A DNA stretch of 64,000 nt. It comes from Laetmonice hystrix. Lineage: Eukaryota. Below, piece after piece: positions 13,672 through 26,300 of this stretch; the first letter of the stretch is position 1, and each line of letters begins with the position of its first letter. The DNA lies in NCBI GenBank assembly GCA_965235115.1, contig OZ249442.1, positions 2,914,001 to 2,978,000 of the forward strand, given 5' to 3'. The position numbers and the translations under genes were made by a program. Under the pieces are notes generated by a model. It worked only from the letters and a program-made list of their open reading frames with translations. It was not told the DNA's origin and made no database searches.

Positions 13672-14136
13672 TTGAACGTGGGTGGAGCCCCCACTATATC
13701 CTCTGTGAAATGTTTGAACGTGGGTGGAGCCCCAGTATATCCTCTGTGAAATGTTTGAACGTGGGTGGAGCCCCCACTATATCCTCTGTGAAATGTTTGA
13801 ACGTGGGTGGAGCCCCCACTATATCCTCTGTGAAATGTTTGAACGTGGGTGGAGCCCCCACTATATCATCTGTGAAATGTTTGAACGTGGGTGGAGCCCC
13901 CACTATATCCTCTGTGAAATGTTTGAACGTGGGTGGAGCCCCCACTATATCCTCTGTGAAATGTTTGAACGTGGGTGGAACCCCCACTATATCCTCTGTG
14001 AAATGTTTGAACGTGGGTGAAGCCCCCACTATATCCTCTGTGAAATGTTTGAACGTGGGTGGAACCCCCACTATATCCTCTGTGAAATGTTTGAACGTGG
14101 GTGGAACCCCCACTATATCCTCTGTGAAATGTTTGA
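13672..14136. repeat. Minisatellite, 42-bp unit, about 11 copies
   Basis: TGTTTGAACGTGGGTGGAGCCCCCACTATATCCTCTGTGAAA; gives 14-aa periodic ORFs in several frames. Confidence 0.95.
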
Positions 14137-14532
14137 TCATAAAACATATTCTTCCATCGTATCACTTCAAGCGCCGGTCTCACTAAAAACATGTTTACAT
14201 AAAGTGAGAGATTTGCATCTACTTTCCACGCCATGAGGTTTGGAAGCAGACCCATACAATGTTAGATTGTCGGACATTAGATGTGAAGAAAACTGGGAAG
14301 TATTAGCCTGGACTATAGATTGAAAGGTTGTAATCATGATCTTGATTGAAGCAGCGACTTCAGCCTTTCAGTCAGTTAACGTGCCATTTTGTCCTTTCAA
14401 TGAAAGCCTTGCATTTGTGGCTTGCGATTCATATTTATGAAAAACTACCAAATCACAATATGAAGGAAAACATGTTGGACCTGAACTTTTCACATCCTCA
14501 GTGAAATTACAACGTGAGCGCCATGGAACCTC

Positions 14533-14792
14533 CTAAGTCCTGTTTTTTTGTTTACTTTTCCACCGTGAGCAAGGGTGAGCTGAGCTGAGCAAGGGTGGGC
14601 AGAAGCTCATGCTCACCGTTGTGCTCACCGTTTTCGTTTTTTGGGGTGTTTTCCGGAGAGCTTGATGCACACCTAATGGAAAAAAGCAACAACAAAAAAC
14701 ACGAAAACGGTGAGAATGAGCTCATGCTCACCCTTGCTCAGCTCAGCTCACCCTTGCTCACGGTGGAAAAGTAAACAAAAAACCGGGCCCTG
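14533..14792. mobile_element. Foldback-type MITE with long terminal inverted repeats
   Basis: 54-bp perfect inverted repeat (TTTTTTGTTTACTTTTCCACCGTGAGCAAGGG..., 14544-14597, mate ending 14782) plus inner CTCACCGTTTTCG arms; no clear TSD. Confidence 0.8.
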
Positions 14793-16159
14793 TACTCGTA
14801 ACTCAGGGTGCATATAATTTTTAAGTCCTGTCGCCTACTGAACAAACACAAAATTCAAATCCTGCTAGCAGTGCTCAGTCGTTATAGGCCAAGGGGTAAT
14901 AACCACTTGGAGAAGTGAACAGGCCCGACAAGCTGACATTAACCCATGGGCAAGTGTTGAGGCGGTGGTAGAATTGTGTACCGCACGCCGACATGTGGAC
15001 ATTTTAGCGTGGTAATTACGGAGTGGTATGTGAGTAGCCTGACTCGTGCCATCGAGTCATTGGCCATCAAGCAAATCAAAACAGGAGCCTGAGGCCTCCC
15101 ACTGGGTCTCTATTACAGGTACTGATGGCTCAAAACCTGCACTTACTAACAGTGGGGGTCTGGGCGGCGAGAGGGAATAATATAAGGTTCAATCAATGTG
15201 GATCGATGGTAGCTTGGTATTTAATGTTATACGGCACTGACTATACTAGGTCAAGCGTGACATCATGGAATAGGTCATGTAGAAAACCCACATTTTGTCG
15301 ACCCTCATAATATTGGCTATATCGTGTGATATACTGGACGATACATCAGAAGGAGACCGAGAGCAATAGGTATTTCTATGTGCAACACCAGTAAAGAACT
15401 ACGGGCCTGAGAACCAAAGCAAGCCATTCAAAATTGGGAGACTTTGGAGAAGAAAGGCTTCAAACTTCTTAATATTCCGTGCCGGCCTTATAGAAAAGGT
15501 ATTAAAATCCTAGAGTTCACAGCTTTGGGAAATAATGAAGGACGATTACAGCATACACAGACATTGATCTTCTACAACAAGTGACACATTTTAATCAAAC
15601 ATAAGAGCAGGACGGCCATGATTCTTAGGTCCTCGATTAGAATATGATGTCAGATGCCACGGCTGTGGATTCCGTCATGGAGGGGTGACCAGTCATGTTG
15701 ATCTCAATCCTGCAGTCAGGGCCTCACGGTGTGCACAATCTGAGATATGTTTATCACACAGACACAAATCTCTGACAGTTCGCAAAGCTTTCATTTACAC
15801 CATGTTCGGTTGAGTACGGCAAGGTGACGGCGCCATGCAATACTGAACTCGGCATTCCAATCGATCAAATCCATCACAACTGTCCGCATTTGTTTACCTC
15901 AAACCCTGATTCCTATTAAAGGCACCCGATTGAAAATTCATGAAACCAGACACGCTCACAAACCAGAAATATGTTGTTTTATAGACATTAGAAGCCCTCC
16001 TTTCCGCCAGAGACCTATATTTTTGGAGGCTGAGGTGGACTTGTGGCCTGTTTGTATTTAACGCTGTCTACATGGATGATGGACTGGTCCTGCCTGGTGT
16101 CAGATAGTAAGATTACATGGAGGATTCATACCCATCTCTGAAGTTCTAATCATACCCAC

Positions 16160-16968
16160 ACCCGCCCCAGTTGGTGAGTGTGGAGCAGTGACTCTGTGGA
16201 GCAGTGACTCTATGACTGTCCCACCCCAGTTGGTGAGTGTGGAGCAGTGACTGTCCCGCCCCAGTTGATGTGTGTGGAGCAGTGACTGTCCCACCCCAGT
16301 TGATGTGTGTGGAGCAGTGACTGTCCCTCCCCGGTTGGTGTGTGTGGAGCAGTGACTCTATGACTGTCCCACCCCAGTTGATGTGTGTGGAGCAGTGACT
16401 CTGTGGAGCAGTGACTCTATGACTGTCTCGCCCCAGTTGATGTGTGTGGAGGAGTGACTGTCCCACCCCAGTTGATGTGTGTGGAGCAGTGACTGTCTCA
16501 CCCCAGTCGGTGTGTGTGGAGCAGTGACTGTCCCACCCAGTTGATGTGTGTGGAGGAGTGACTGTCCCACCCCAGTTGATGTGTGTGGAGCAGTGACTGT
16601 CCCGTCCCAGTTGATGTGTGTGGAGCAGTGACTGTCCCGCCCCAGTTGGTGTGTGTAGAGCAGTGACTGTCCCGCCCCAGTTGATGTGTATGGAGCAGTG
16701 ACTGTCCCGTCCCAGTTGATGTGTGTGGAGCAGTGACTGTCCCACCCAGTTGGTGTGTGTGGAGCAGTGACTGTCCCGCCCCGGTTGATGTGTGTGGAGC
16801 AGTGACTGTCCCACCTAGTTGATGTGTGTAGAGCAGTGACTGTCCCGCCCCGGTTGATGTGTGTGGAGCAGTGACTGTCCCGTCCCAGTTGGTGTGTGTG
16901 GAGCAGTGACTGTCCCGCCCCAGTTGATGTGTGTCGAGCAGTGACTGTCCCGTCCCAGTTGATGTGTC
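16160..16968. repeat. Minisatellite, 35-bp unit, about 23 copies
   Basis: CCCCAGTTGATGTGTGTGGAGCAGTGACTGTCCCG (e.g. 16224, 16259). Confidence 0.95.
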
Positions 16969-18675
16969 GGGCCAGTGACAGCGACTCCAAGGATCCTACC
17001 ACTCAGTAATCAATAGACCTAGAGAAAGCTCGGCTGGCTGCTGCTCTGTGTTTGCTTCCCCAGTCTCACCCAGACCTGCCACACTCACCCCCACCACACC
17101 CGCCCTCTGGCGGTGCATTCCAACACTATGCACCATTTCTATTGACCTGAATCCTTTGAGGACCTGGCTCATGTTTCTAAATATAGCTCTACATGATCCC
17201 CCCCCCCCCCAACACCCACCCCCCATCTCCATTGAATCCACCTTGTCTCCTGCTCAGATTTTTTTGAAGGGGGGTTTGTGGTATGACATCTGTTCTTGCC
17301 GGCCTGTAAATCCTGCCTGTTTTGAGTGTTTCCAATGTGAGCAGCATGCATGCCATATCGACCTTGTGTAGAGATACGAGCCACACAATACCCGCCTGTC
17401 AATCCCATAGTTCTCCTCACAGATAGCGCTGAACAAACACAAGCCAAATTGAGTTATGTGCCCGGTTTTTGTTTTGTTTTTTCACCCTGCCGACTTTTTA
17501 GTGAATATTGAAACTAGTAGAGCATGTGACACGGCAGAGTTAGGAGCTCGGAACATCACGTCAACAACGATGGTTTACTTAAGAAACCAAGTAACCATAT
17601 GGTGTTTGTTTAGTCTACATCAAAGATTCCCATGTATCGTGAAGCATGGATTTCTGGCCTAGCAATACTGCCGTATTTTTGTATGATTTTATAAACACTT
17701 CTAGTGACATACGATATCTATATTGACAGCTACAGCCAGATATATAACGCGGAGTACCCCCCCCCCCCCCTCACACACACACACACACACATGGAATTCT
17801 AACAGCACAAAACAGAAACAGCACAAAGTAAAACAACAAACTGTAACGTTTTACCCGGTCCTGTCAGGCAAGTGGAACAGATTCCAAAGTCCTCCGGGAA
17901 TGCAGGTGCGATGGACCTGCAATCCCTGAAATAGAGGTCCGACGAACCTCAGGTCCATGATGTTGTATTTTATCATTATAATCCTAACCTATCATAATCC
18001 TAACAGTGTTAGTAACACTAATCCTAACCTTAACCCAAATCAACATGCATATTCCTAACTCTATTATGAAGTTGGCGCCGTTGGCGCCCTAGGACCCCGG
18101 GAATTCTGGTCCGGCGGACTTCCATCTTACATTCCTTTCACACCTGTCGAGAGCTGCAGGTCGGATAAAAAAAATGGCATGGCTACAGCAAATTCTATGT
18201 CACTCTCCTGATTTTTCATTTTTCATTTTGCAAACTTCACTGAGCAAGGCAAGGAAAGCGAACAAGCAGTTCAACATCCTGATCTTGCGGTGAAACATGA
18301 TCGCAATGTTATTTTTCGGACAACATTGATTGGTCCTGATTGGTCCATACAGGAAAATCCACCAATCCTGCTCGATGCGATCAGTCACCCCGGCAGAAAC
18401 TCACCAGAAACATCCCATAAATAATTTGGTGGTGAGGACTAACAAACTAACCTTGTCTCTAACCCTTAACCCTCATCACCAATTCCGTGTACGTTACCAT
18501 GGGCAACAACCATGACGAGGCTTGTTGTCCTTTAGTCCTTCACTTCCGACCGAATTCCCCAGAGGACTCCTGCTAGCCAAGTAAACACGTGCATCCTATT
18601 ACCTCCCATACACACGTCTGATCTGATATGACAGACGCCGGGTCAGGTGGATTAACAGACGGATTAATAACAGTG

Positions 18676-19650
18676 GAACCTGACAGGTTTCCTGACAGAT
18701 TACGGGTCAATAACACTGGAGCCAAGGTTTCCTGGCAGATTACGGGTCAGTAACACTGGAGCCTGACAAGTTTCCTGACAGATTACGGGTCAATAACACT
18801 GGAGCCAAGGTTTCCTGACAGATTACGGGTCAGTAACACTGGAGCCAAGGTTTCCTGGCAGATTACGGGTCAGTAACACTGGAGCCAAGGTTTCCTGACA
18901 GATTACGGGTCAGTAACACTGGAGCCTGACAAGTTTCCTGACAGATTACGGGTCAATAACACTGGAGCCAAGGTTTCCTGACAGATTACGGGTCAATAAC
19001 ACTGGAGCCAAGGTTCCCTGACAGATTACGGGTCAATAACACTGGAGCCAAGGTTCCTTGACAGATTACGGGTCAATAACACTGGAGCCAGGGTTTCCTG
19101 ACAGATTACGGGTCGGTAACACTGGAGCCAAGGTTTCCTGACAGATTACGGGTCAGTAACACTGGAGCCAAGGTTTCCTGACAGATTACGGGTCAGTAAC
19201 ACTGGAGCCAAGGTTTCCTGACAGATTACGGGTCAGTAACACTGGAGCCAAGGTTTCCTGACAGATTACGGGTCAATAACAGTGGAGCCAAGGTTTCCTG
19301 ACAGATTACGGGTCAATAACAGTGGAGCCAAGGTTTCCTGACAGATTACGGGTCAATAACACTGGAGCCAAGGTTTCCTGACAGATTACGGGTCAATAAC
19401 ACTGGAGCCAAGGTTCCCTGACAGATTACGGGTCAATAACACTGGAGCCAAGGTTCCTTGACAGATTACGGGTCAATAACACTGGAGCCAGGGTTTCCTG
19501 ACAGATTACGGGTTAATAACACTGGAGCCAAGGTTCCCTGACAGATTACGGGTTAATAACACTGGAGCCAAGGTTCCCTGACAGATTACGGGTCAATAAC
19601 ACTGGAGCCAAGGTTCCCTGACAGATTACGGGTCAGTAACACTGGATCTA
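18676..19650. repeat. Minisatellite, 40-bp unit, about 24 copies
   Basis: GACAGATTACGGGTCAATAACACTGGAGCCAAGGTTTCCT. Confidence 0.96.
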
Positions 19651-20267
19651 GGGTTTCTTGACAGATTTATTTTGGGTGTGGGGGGGGGGGAGTCGGTGGA
19701 CTTTGGGGTAGCTTAAGGATAGGGTTTATTTTTTAATATAAAGCAAGAAAACTTTGGGCGAGTAACTGATTACAGTACAGTACCCCCCTAAAAAGAAAGG
19801 ACCTGCAGAAAACCCGGGGGCAGATTATCTTGGTACATGAGGTCCACAGCGTCTATCACACAAAGATACCAGCGACGGTGGTAGTAGGTGTCAAGATCTC
19901 TGAAGATACCCAAAGGTACCGATAGGCTTTTACTCTGGGAAGGATATCTTCACACTGCAATGTTGATATTTCATACCTGATACTCGTGTATCCTTTTTTC
20001 CTTCCCCAAACATAGATAAACCACAGAGTCAGGGAGGACACTTCTCTTGAGAGGCTAGCGTACGGGACATTTTGATTAGTTATCTCGTGTGAGGGATCCA
20101 TTCATGTACCGGTACTCCTTCTCCTGCTTCAAGGACCCCGTCTGTATTCATAAGGTCTTGCTTAAGCTTAATGATTCTGGGGTGTGTTTGTCAGCTGTCG
20201 TTAGCTTGTCGTATCGTTAACATCACCGTATTTTCAATGGGGATTTTAACGCACGACAGGATAACGC

Positions 20268-20897
20268 TGGTTGTGAAACGCTGGCTGGTGTGAGCAGGCA
20301 GTGGTTGTGAAACGTCCCCCTGATTGGCTGGTCTGAGCAGGCAGTGGTTGTGAAACGTCCCCCTGATTGGCTGGTCTGAGCAGGCAGTGGTTGTGAAACG
20401 TCCCCTGATTGGCTGGTCTGAGCAGGCAGTGGTTGTGAAACGTCCCCTGATTGGCTGGTCTGAGCAGGCAGTGGTTGTGAAACGTCCCCCTGATTGGCTG
20501 GTCTGAGCAGGCAGTGGTTGTGAAACGTCCCCCTGATTGGCTGGTCTGAGCAGGCAGTGGTTGTGAAACGTCCCCTGATTGGCTGGTCTGAGCAGGCAGT
20601 GGTTGTGAAACGTCCCCTGATTGGCTGGTCTGAGCAGGCAGCGGTTGTGAAACGTCCCCCTGATTGGCTGGTCTGAGCAGGCAGTGGTTGTGAAACGTCC
20701 CCCTGATTGGCTGGTCTGAGCAGGCAGTGGTTGTGAAACGTCCCCTGATTGGCTGGTCTGGGCAGGCAGCGGTTGTGAAACGTCCCCCTGATTGGCTGGT
20801 CTGAGCAGGCAGTGGTTGTGAAACGTCCCCCTGATTGGCTGGTCTGAGCAGGCAGTGATTGTGAAACGTTCCCCTGATTGTCTGGTCTGAGCAGGCA
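20268..20897. repeat. Minisatellite, 42-43-bp unit, about 14 copies, nearly every unit with a CCAAT box
   Basis: GAGCAGGCAGTGGTTGTGAAACGTCCCCCTGATTGGCTGGTCT; 13 exact CTGATTGGCTG. Confidence 0.96.
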
Positions 20898-20916
20898 AGA
20901 AGACAAGTGATAGATG

Positions 20917-22088
20917 TATCGTAGGGCTATGTATAAGCCCAAATAACCATGATGGCGGCTGACGCAGTAAAACCCTGTCAGCCTCCCGGAGTAGCTGTCA
21001 AAATAATATCTTTTTCCACCAATAACCATACAGTCAGTTCTATTATCCCACTATCACTCCTTATCTCCCTTACAGAGTTAACACTTTAACGGTGGTCATA
21101 TAATCTTTCTTTTAACCACTACTGGCTAGCCTTGGTGGATACAGTATGGAGTTTAGGTCCGCCATTTTGTTTCGTTGTCCATCAGGAGGATTCCTCCTGG
21201 GGTAATTAAACTACTCCCATTTTTACTTCTATTCCGCCTCTGAAAGAGTCTAGACCCTTTGGGTCTATGTGACAAACTGAGGCACTCAATTAAAACATAA
21301 TAAGTCAGAAGTTCATGTCATGACAGTGGTCAGTCGCCAGAAAATGGAGTTGATATCATATAACTTGTGTATTTAGTTGGTGGTGGTAGTTTGGTATAAA
21401 ACGGTTCACAAAAAGGTAACACTCTGCCATCAATATATATTTCTCGTTTAAGGTGGTGTGGCACCAATCAATATGTATTTAATTTTTATAAGGCTGCAGG
21501 TACTTAGTCATTAAGAAGTCGGCTGATATTTTTATATACATTCATGTAGTACACCAAGTGACAACCGCTAACGTGCAGGGACCAGGGTAAGCCAGATAAG
21601 CCGGGGTATAATTAGAACGGGGTAACGTTAATCAACCCTCTTACACTCCTGACCAGCGAGCAGTGCGGTCATAGCCAGACGGTCACGCTTGTACGACCAC
21701 GTGGATTATAACTTACAATTCGAACATGGAGATATACGGACAGTATTGTACAAACATTGGAATTAGCAGTCGGTGAGTCACTCGTCGTGTTGGGCCTGGT
21801 GATCTGGCTATTCCTGTACTTTCTTTAACTTTTCTCCCCTATCTGTTGGCGCCATTCCTCCAGCCTCCCCTTTGTCTCAGAGATGCGGTTGGACCACGTG
21901 TTAGCGGTTATGGTGTGGTCACTCATAGTGTTATGTGTATATGTAACCAGAATAAAGGCGGGTGTATACTGTAATAACTTATTTGTCATTGTTCCCCTAT
22001 ATATATATTTCGTATTCCTGACACCGATATAAATTGTAGTCTCCCCAGTAACGATAGAATGATAAGTAAGAAAGGTAAGGATACGAAA
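20917..22088 (+). repeat. 5' LTR (1172 bp)
   Basis: Identical by line-by-line comparison to 28832-30003 (offset 7915); TATAAAA at 21395, AATAAA at 21951; ends uncertain by 1-2 nt. Confidence 0.95.
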
Positions 22089-22089
22089 G

Positions 22090-22107
22090 TGGTGGAAGAA
22101 CCCGGTG
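22090..22107 (+). other. Primer-binding site, tentatively tRNA-Ala-like
   Basis: TGGTGGAAGAACCCGGTG right after the LTR; its complement implies CCA end, discriminator A73 and U70 (the Ala identity elements); tRNA assignment is inference. Confidence 0.7.
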
Positions 22108-22200
22108 TCGGATTTGGTACCCTTTAGATGCAAACACCTGCCGTTCAAAATTACTATGCGTCATTCGCAGATTTGTTAGGGTTTTAGATATTTTCTTTTA

Positions 22201-23373
22201 ATGGAAGACCACCCAACCGCCATGTCTCACCCTGCTGATAACTCCCTTCTCTCTGCTGCTACCTTCCAATCACCACGGCCAAATTCGCGTGTGCTGCTGG
22301 CTCCCGCTAGCCCCTTGCCGCCTGCAGACGTGACGGCCTCCATAAACTCTTTGTCGGAAAAGATGAAAGCGCTGGAAATGCCAGATCGGCTGCCCAGCTA
22401 CACAGATGGCATGGATGCAAAAGCATGGCTGGGGCAGTTCGAAGTTCTAGCGCAGGGCAAAGGATGGAGCACACCAGCTAAACTAGCAGCAACCCTACCA
22501 CTATATCTGCATAACGACATCAGTGCAGATTGGTATGTACATTTAGGAGAGGGTGTTAAAAAGGCATATGGACTGTTACGGGAAGCATTCCTGGAGGAAT
22601 TCAAACCACGTGCAGCTCAGCAGTGGGAGCTGGAGAACGCTCTCCGTATGAGGAAGCAACGCCACAGTGAGGATCTCCGTGCGTTTCTCAGAGACGTCAG
22701 GCGACAGGGCGCACACATCGGCCTTGACGAGGCCCGCATGGTGGACATTGCATTAAACAATATGCATGCCTCTGCACGTGCGCTGGTGCCCGGAAGGCCA
22801 GCCTCCATTGAGGACATACTAGACACCCCAGTCGGCCGCGGAGAGGTACAACCGTCGTCAGGAGGCATTGACAACCAACAGTACCAACAACTGCTAGACC
22901 TGCTGTCCCGACAATCCGCCCAGATCTCCAGCATGGAGGGCAAGCTGCAGGAGGCGGCCCACAACCACCAGCACAGCCACCGGTGTGTCGAGGCCGACCC
23001 ACCCCCACCCACCCAGCACAGAGAGGGATATCACCACCGCCAGCAGCCAGGGCACCGCCGGCAGCAGCCAGCGCAGCAGCAGCGATGGGGGGCAGCACCA
23101 CGGCAGCACTGGGCTCCACCAGCACCAACACAGCAGCGCTGGGGCACATCAAAGTCATCGCAGCAGCGGTGGGCTCCATCTCCATCTACATCTGGCTGTC
23201 ACAGATGTGGAGGTAAGTGTCCCGACCTCCTTAACTGTAGGGCCAGAGGCAGTGTGTGTCATTATTGTCAGAGACCAAACCATTGGGCTTCTGTATGTGG
23301 AAAGAAACGTGCTGACCAACAGGTTCAGACGGGCAACGGGTACAACCAGCCAGGACCACCACGTAAGTTCTAG
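22201..23373 (+). CDS. gag: Gag (retrotransposon capsid domain, Gln/Pro-rich linker, double Cys motif)
   Basis: 390-aa ORF; capsid-like AKAWLGQFE...LYL...WY...LREAFLEEF; CHRC..C..C and CHYCQRPNHWASVC; ends at TAG in frame with pol. Confidence 0.92.
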   Translation: MEDHPTAMSHPADNSLLSAATFQSPRPNSRVLLAPASPLPPADVTASINSLSEKMKALEMPDRLPSYTDGMDAKAWLGQFEVLAQGKGWSTPAKLAATLPLYLHNDISADWYVHLGEGVKKAYGLLREAFLEEFKPRAAQQWELENALRMRKQRHSEDLRAFLRDVRRQGAHIGLDEARMVDIALNNMHASARALVPGRPASIEDILDTPVGRGEVQPSSGGIDNQQYQQLLDLLSRQSAQISSMEGKLQEAAHNHQHSHRCVEADPPPPTQHREGYHHRQQPGHRRQQPAQQQRWGAAPRQHWAPPAPTQQRWGTSKSSQQRWAPSPSTSGCHRCGGKCPDLLNCRARGSVCHYCQRPNHWASVCGKKRADQQVQTGNGYNQPGPPRKF

Positions 23374-26300
23374 GATTCGGCGCCTGTTTGGAGGGATTTG
23401 AACAGGCACACAGGTCATAAAGAGGAAATACCTCAAGTGATGGTCACGGACCTCCGGGCTCATGAAAATCAGATTCCGGTAAAAATAGGTAATACGTCAA
23501 CCTGGGCTTTAGTGGATTCTGGTGCAAACATTAGTGTGTTATCTACTGACTTACGAAACAAAGTAAAGTGTGTAAAATCAGCGTTACCAGATTACTCACA
23601 AGTAAAGGGTGTAGGAGGAGAGTTGCATAGTGTGTCAGAAAAGGTTACTGTTAAGATTATGATTGGCCAGACATCAATGTTGCACTCCTTTCATGTTCTA
23701 AAAGGTCACCATGATATGATATTGGGGATGGATTTTCTCCAAGGCCATGATGCAGTTGTAGACTTTGGCTCAGGTAGAATGCAACTGGGTACTGCTGAAG
23801 TAAAGTTGGGACACCCTGCTGTTAGGTCATGCTTGGCGAGAGTTACACACAGTACAGTGATTGAAGCAAACAGCGTCACTCAAGTCCCGGTCAAATGCTC
23901 AAGAAAATATTGTAACGATATGGTATTCTTAGAGCCTGCCATCTACAACAGTTATAGTGACATAATGGTTATGCCTACAGTAGTATTGACAAATGGTAAT
24001 GATACGACATGTTGTGTCATAAATAGGTCAAACATTGCCATGACCTTACCTCAACAATACACAATAGCACGTGGCAAGGTAATTACTCAGGCTGAGGTGT
24101 CAACTCTATGTGTTACTCTAAGTAAACAAAACGAGACAATGTTACCACAGGTTGATAATTTAGATAAGTCCAATGAGGAGTTAGCCTTTGATGTGGATAA
24201 TTCACACTTAGCTATTGAAGACAGGTCAGTGTTAGAGACATTTTTAAAACAAAACAAACAGGTCTTTGCTAGTTCCACAGCTGAGCTTGGAAGGTCGTCG
24301 ACCATGTCACATGTTATCGACACACAGGGTGCAAAACCAGTAGCTCAAAGGTTTTACAGGGCTTCCCCTGAGAAACGTACAGAGATAGATAGGCAGGTGG
24401 AAGAGTATTTAGAGTTGGGCCTCATTGAGCCATCTACCTCAGAATGGAGGTCTCCAGTGGTTTTGGTCAGGAAAGCTGACAACAGTTGGCGTATGTGTTG
24501 CGATTACAGGCGGTTAAATGCGATCACACGGCCACAGTCGTTCCCACTTCCCCGACTTGAGGATGTGTGGGACGCTATCGGCGAACAGCAAGCAAAGGTC
24601 TTCTCGACACTGGATATGTCCCAAGGTTTCCATCAGCTGCCAATGGCTCCTGATTCGGTTGAGAAGACTGCCTTCGTTACCCAAAATGGACAGTTCCAAT
24701 GGAGGGTAATGCCATATGGTCTGACAAATAGTCCCGTTACTTTCATGAGAACAATGCATGAAGTACTCCGCAAACACCTCTACAAAATATGCATAATTTA
24801 TGTCGACGACGTAATCGTATATTCTAGAAACATGGCGGAACATCTCAAACATCTGAAGATGATATTTGACTGCTTTAAGAAGGCTGGATTAAAGTTAAAA
24901 CCGTCAAAATGTAAATTTGCAGCAGGTGAGGTAAAATACCTTGGTCACATTTTGTCGAAGGAAGGAGTGCGCCCTAATCCTGAGAAAACTGAGATAATCG
25001 ACAATTTTCCAGTGCCCAAAGATGCCAAAGAAGTACGCTCTTTTCTTGGGTTGGTAAACTATTATAAAAGGTTCATCAAGGATTTCAGTAAAGTGGCTGC
25101 CCCTTTGTTCATGTTGCTACGGAAAGACACTGCCTTCAAGTGGACAAGTGATTGTCAAAACACCTTTGAATATTTCAAGGCCAGGTTGGTTGAGAAACCC
25201 ATACTACACTACCCAGACATGTCAAGTCGATTTTATCTGACTACAGACGCATCAAATACAGGTATTGGCTTTATATTAAGCCAGAAGGACACTGAAGGCA
25301 AGGAACATGCGGTGGCTTATGGTGGCCGAGCTCTGAGAGGACCAGAAACTCGATATTCAACATCTGAGAAGGAATACCTAGCCATAAAAGAAGGTATCCA
25401 AACGTATCACCCTTACCTGGCAGATAAAGAGTTCACCGTATACACCGACCACAAGCCACTTAAGTTTGCCGCCACGTTCAGACCAGATTTGGGTCGATTA
25501 GGCCGTTGGGCTTTGTTTCTTCAGAATTATAACTTTGTCACAGAATACAAGACGGGAAAATCTAATAACAATGCAGATGCCTTGTCCAGAATACCGTTTT
25601 CAAATGTGCAGCCTTGTGATCAAGTGAAAGATGAAACCTGCCATAGTGAAGAACAACAACCTACTGTTCAACTCTGTAGCATTGTTCCAGCAGACATGGC
25701 TGACATGCAAAAGAGTTGTCCTGAAGTTAACCCCCTGTACAATTTTCATTCCCGGAACGTGGTACCCAAGGATCGAAGGGTAGCGACCATGTTGTGTAGG
25801 ACCTTGGACCAATATGTTATCGATGATCATGGCGTCCTGTACCACATGTCATTTCCAGGTAATAGAAGAACACCAGAGATGATGGTGAAGCAGTTGGTCG
25901 TACCTGTCAGTCAACGTCATGCACTCATAACCAATCATCATGACAACCTCCTGGGGGGTGGTCACCAGGGTATTGACAGGACCTACGCAGCCTTGACCCT
26001 ACGAGCATTCTGGCCTGGCATGTACAGAGATGTGTCGCGCTATGTCAACAGTTGTCACCAGTGCCAGAAAGCCAAACGTCACAACAACAGACCAGCACCA
26101 TTACACCCTATGCCCATCGTGGGAGTCTTTGAGAGGTGGCACATGGACTTCTTGTCGATGAAACGAACACCTGAGGGCTACAAATACATTCTCCTGCTTG
26201 TGGACAGTTTTTCCAGGTGGTGCGAGGCTATCCCGACGAGTTCTCAGGATGCACAGACAGTGGCGCAGATACTGTACAGCGACGTTTTTACTCGATATGG

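Noticed and set aside
23398-23400. TTG start for pol given by the ORF track
   Set aside because: The frame is open from the gag stop; the TTG lies in the predicted readthrough hairpin and is not a credible initiator.
21825-23463. Antisense and alternate-frame ORFs over the LTR end and gag
   Set aside because: Shadows of the GC-rich gag frame or spanning the LTR boundary; no recognisable motifs.
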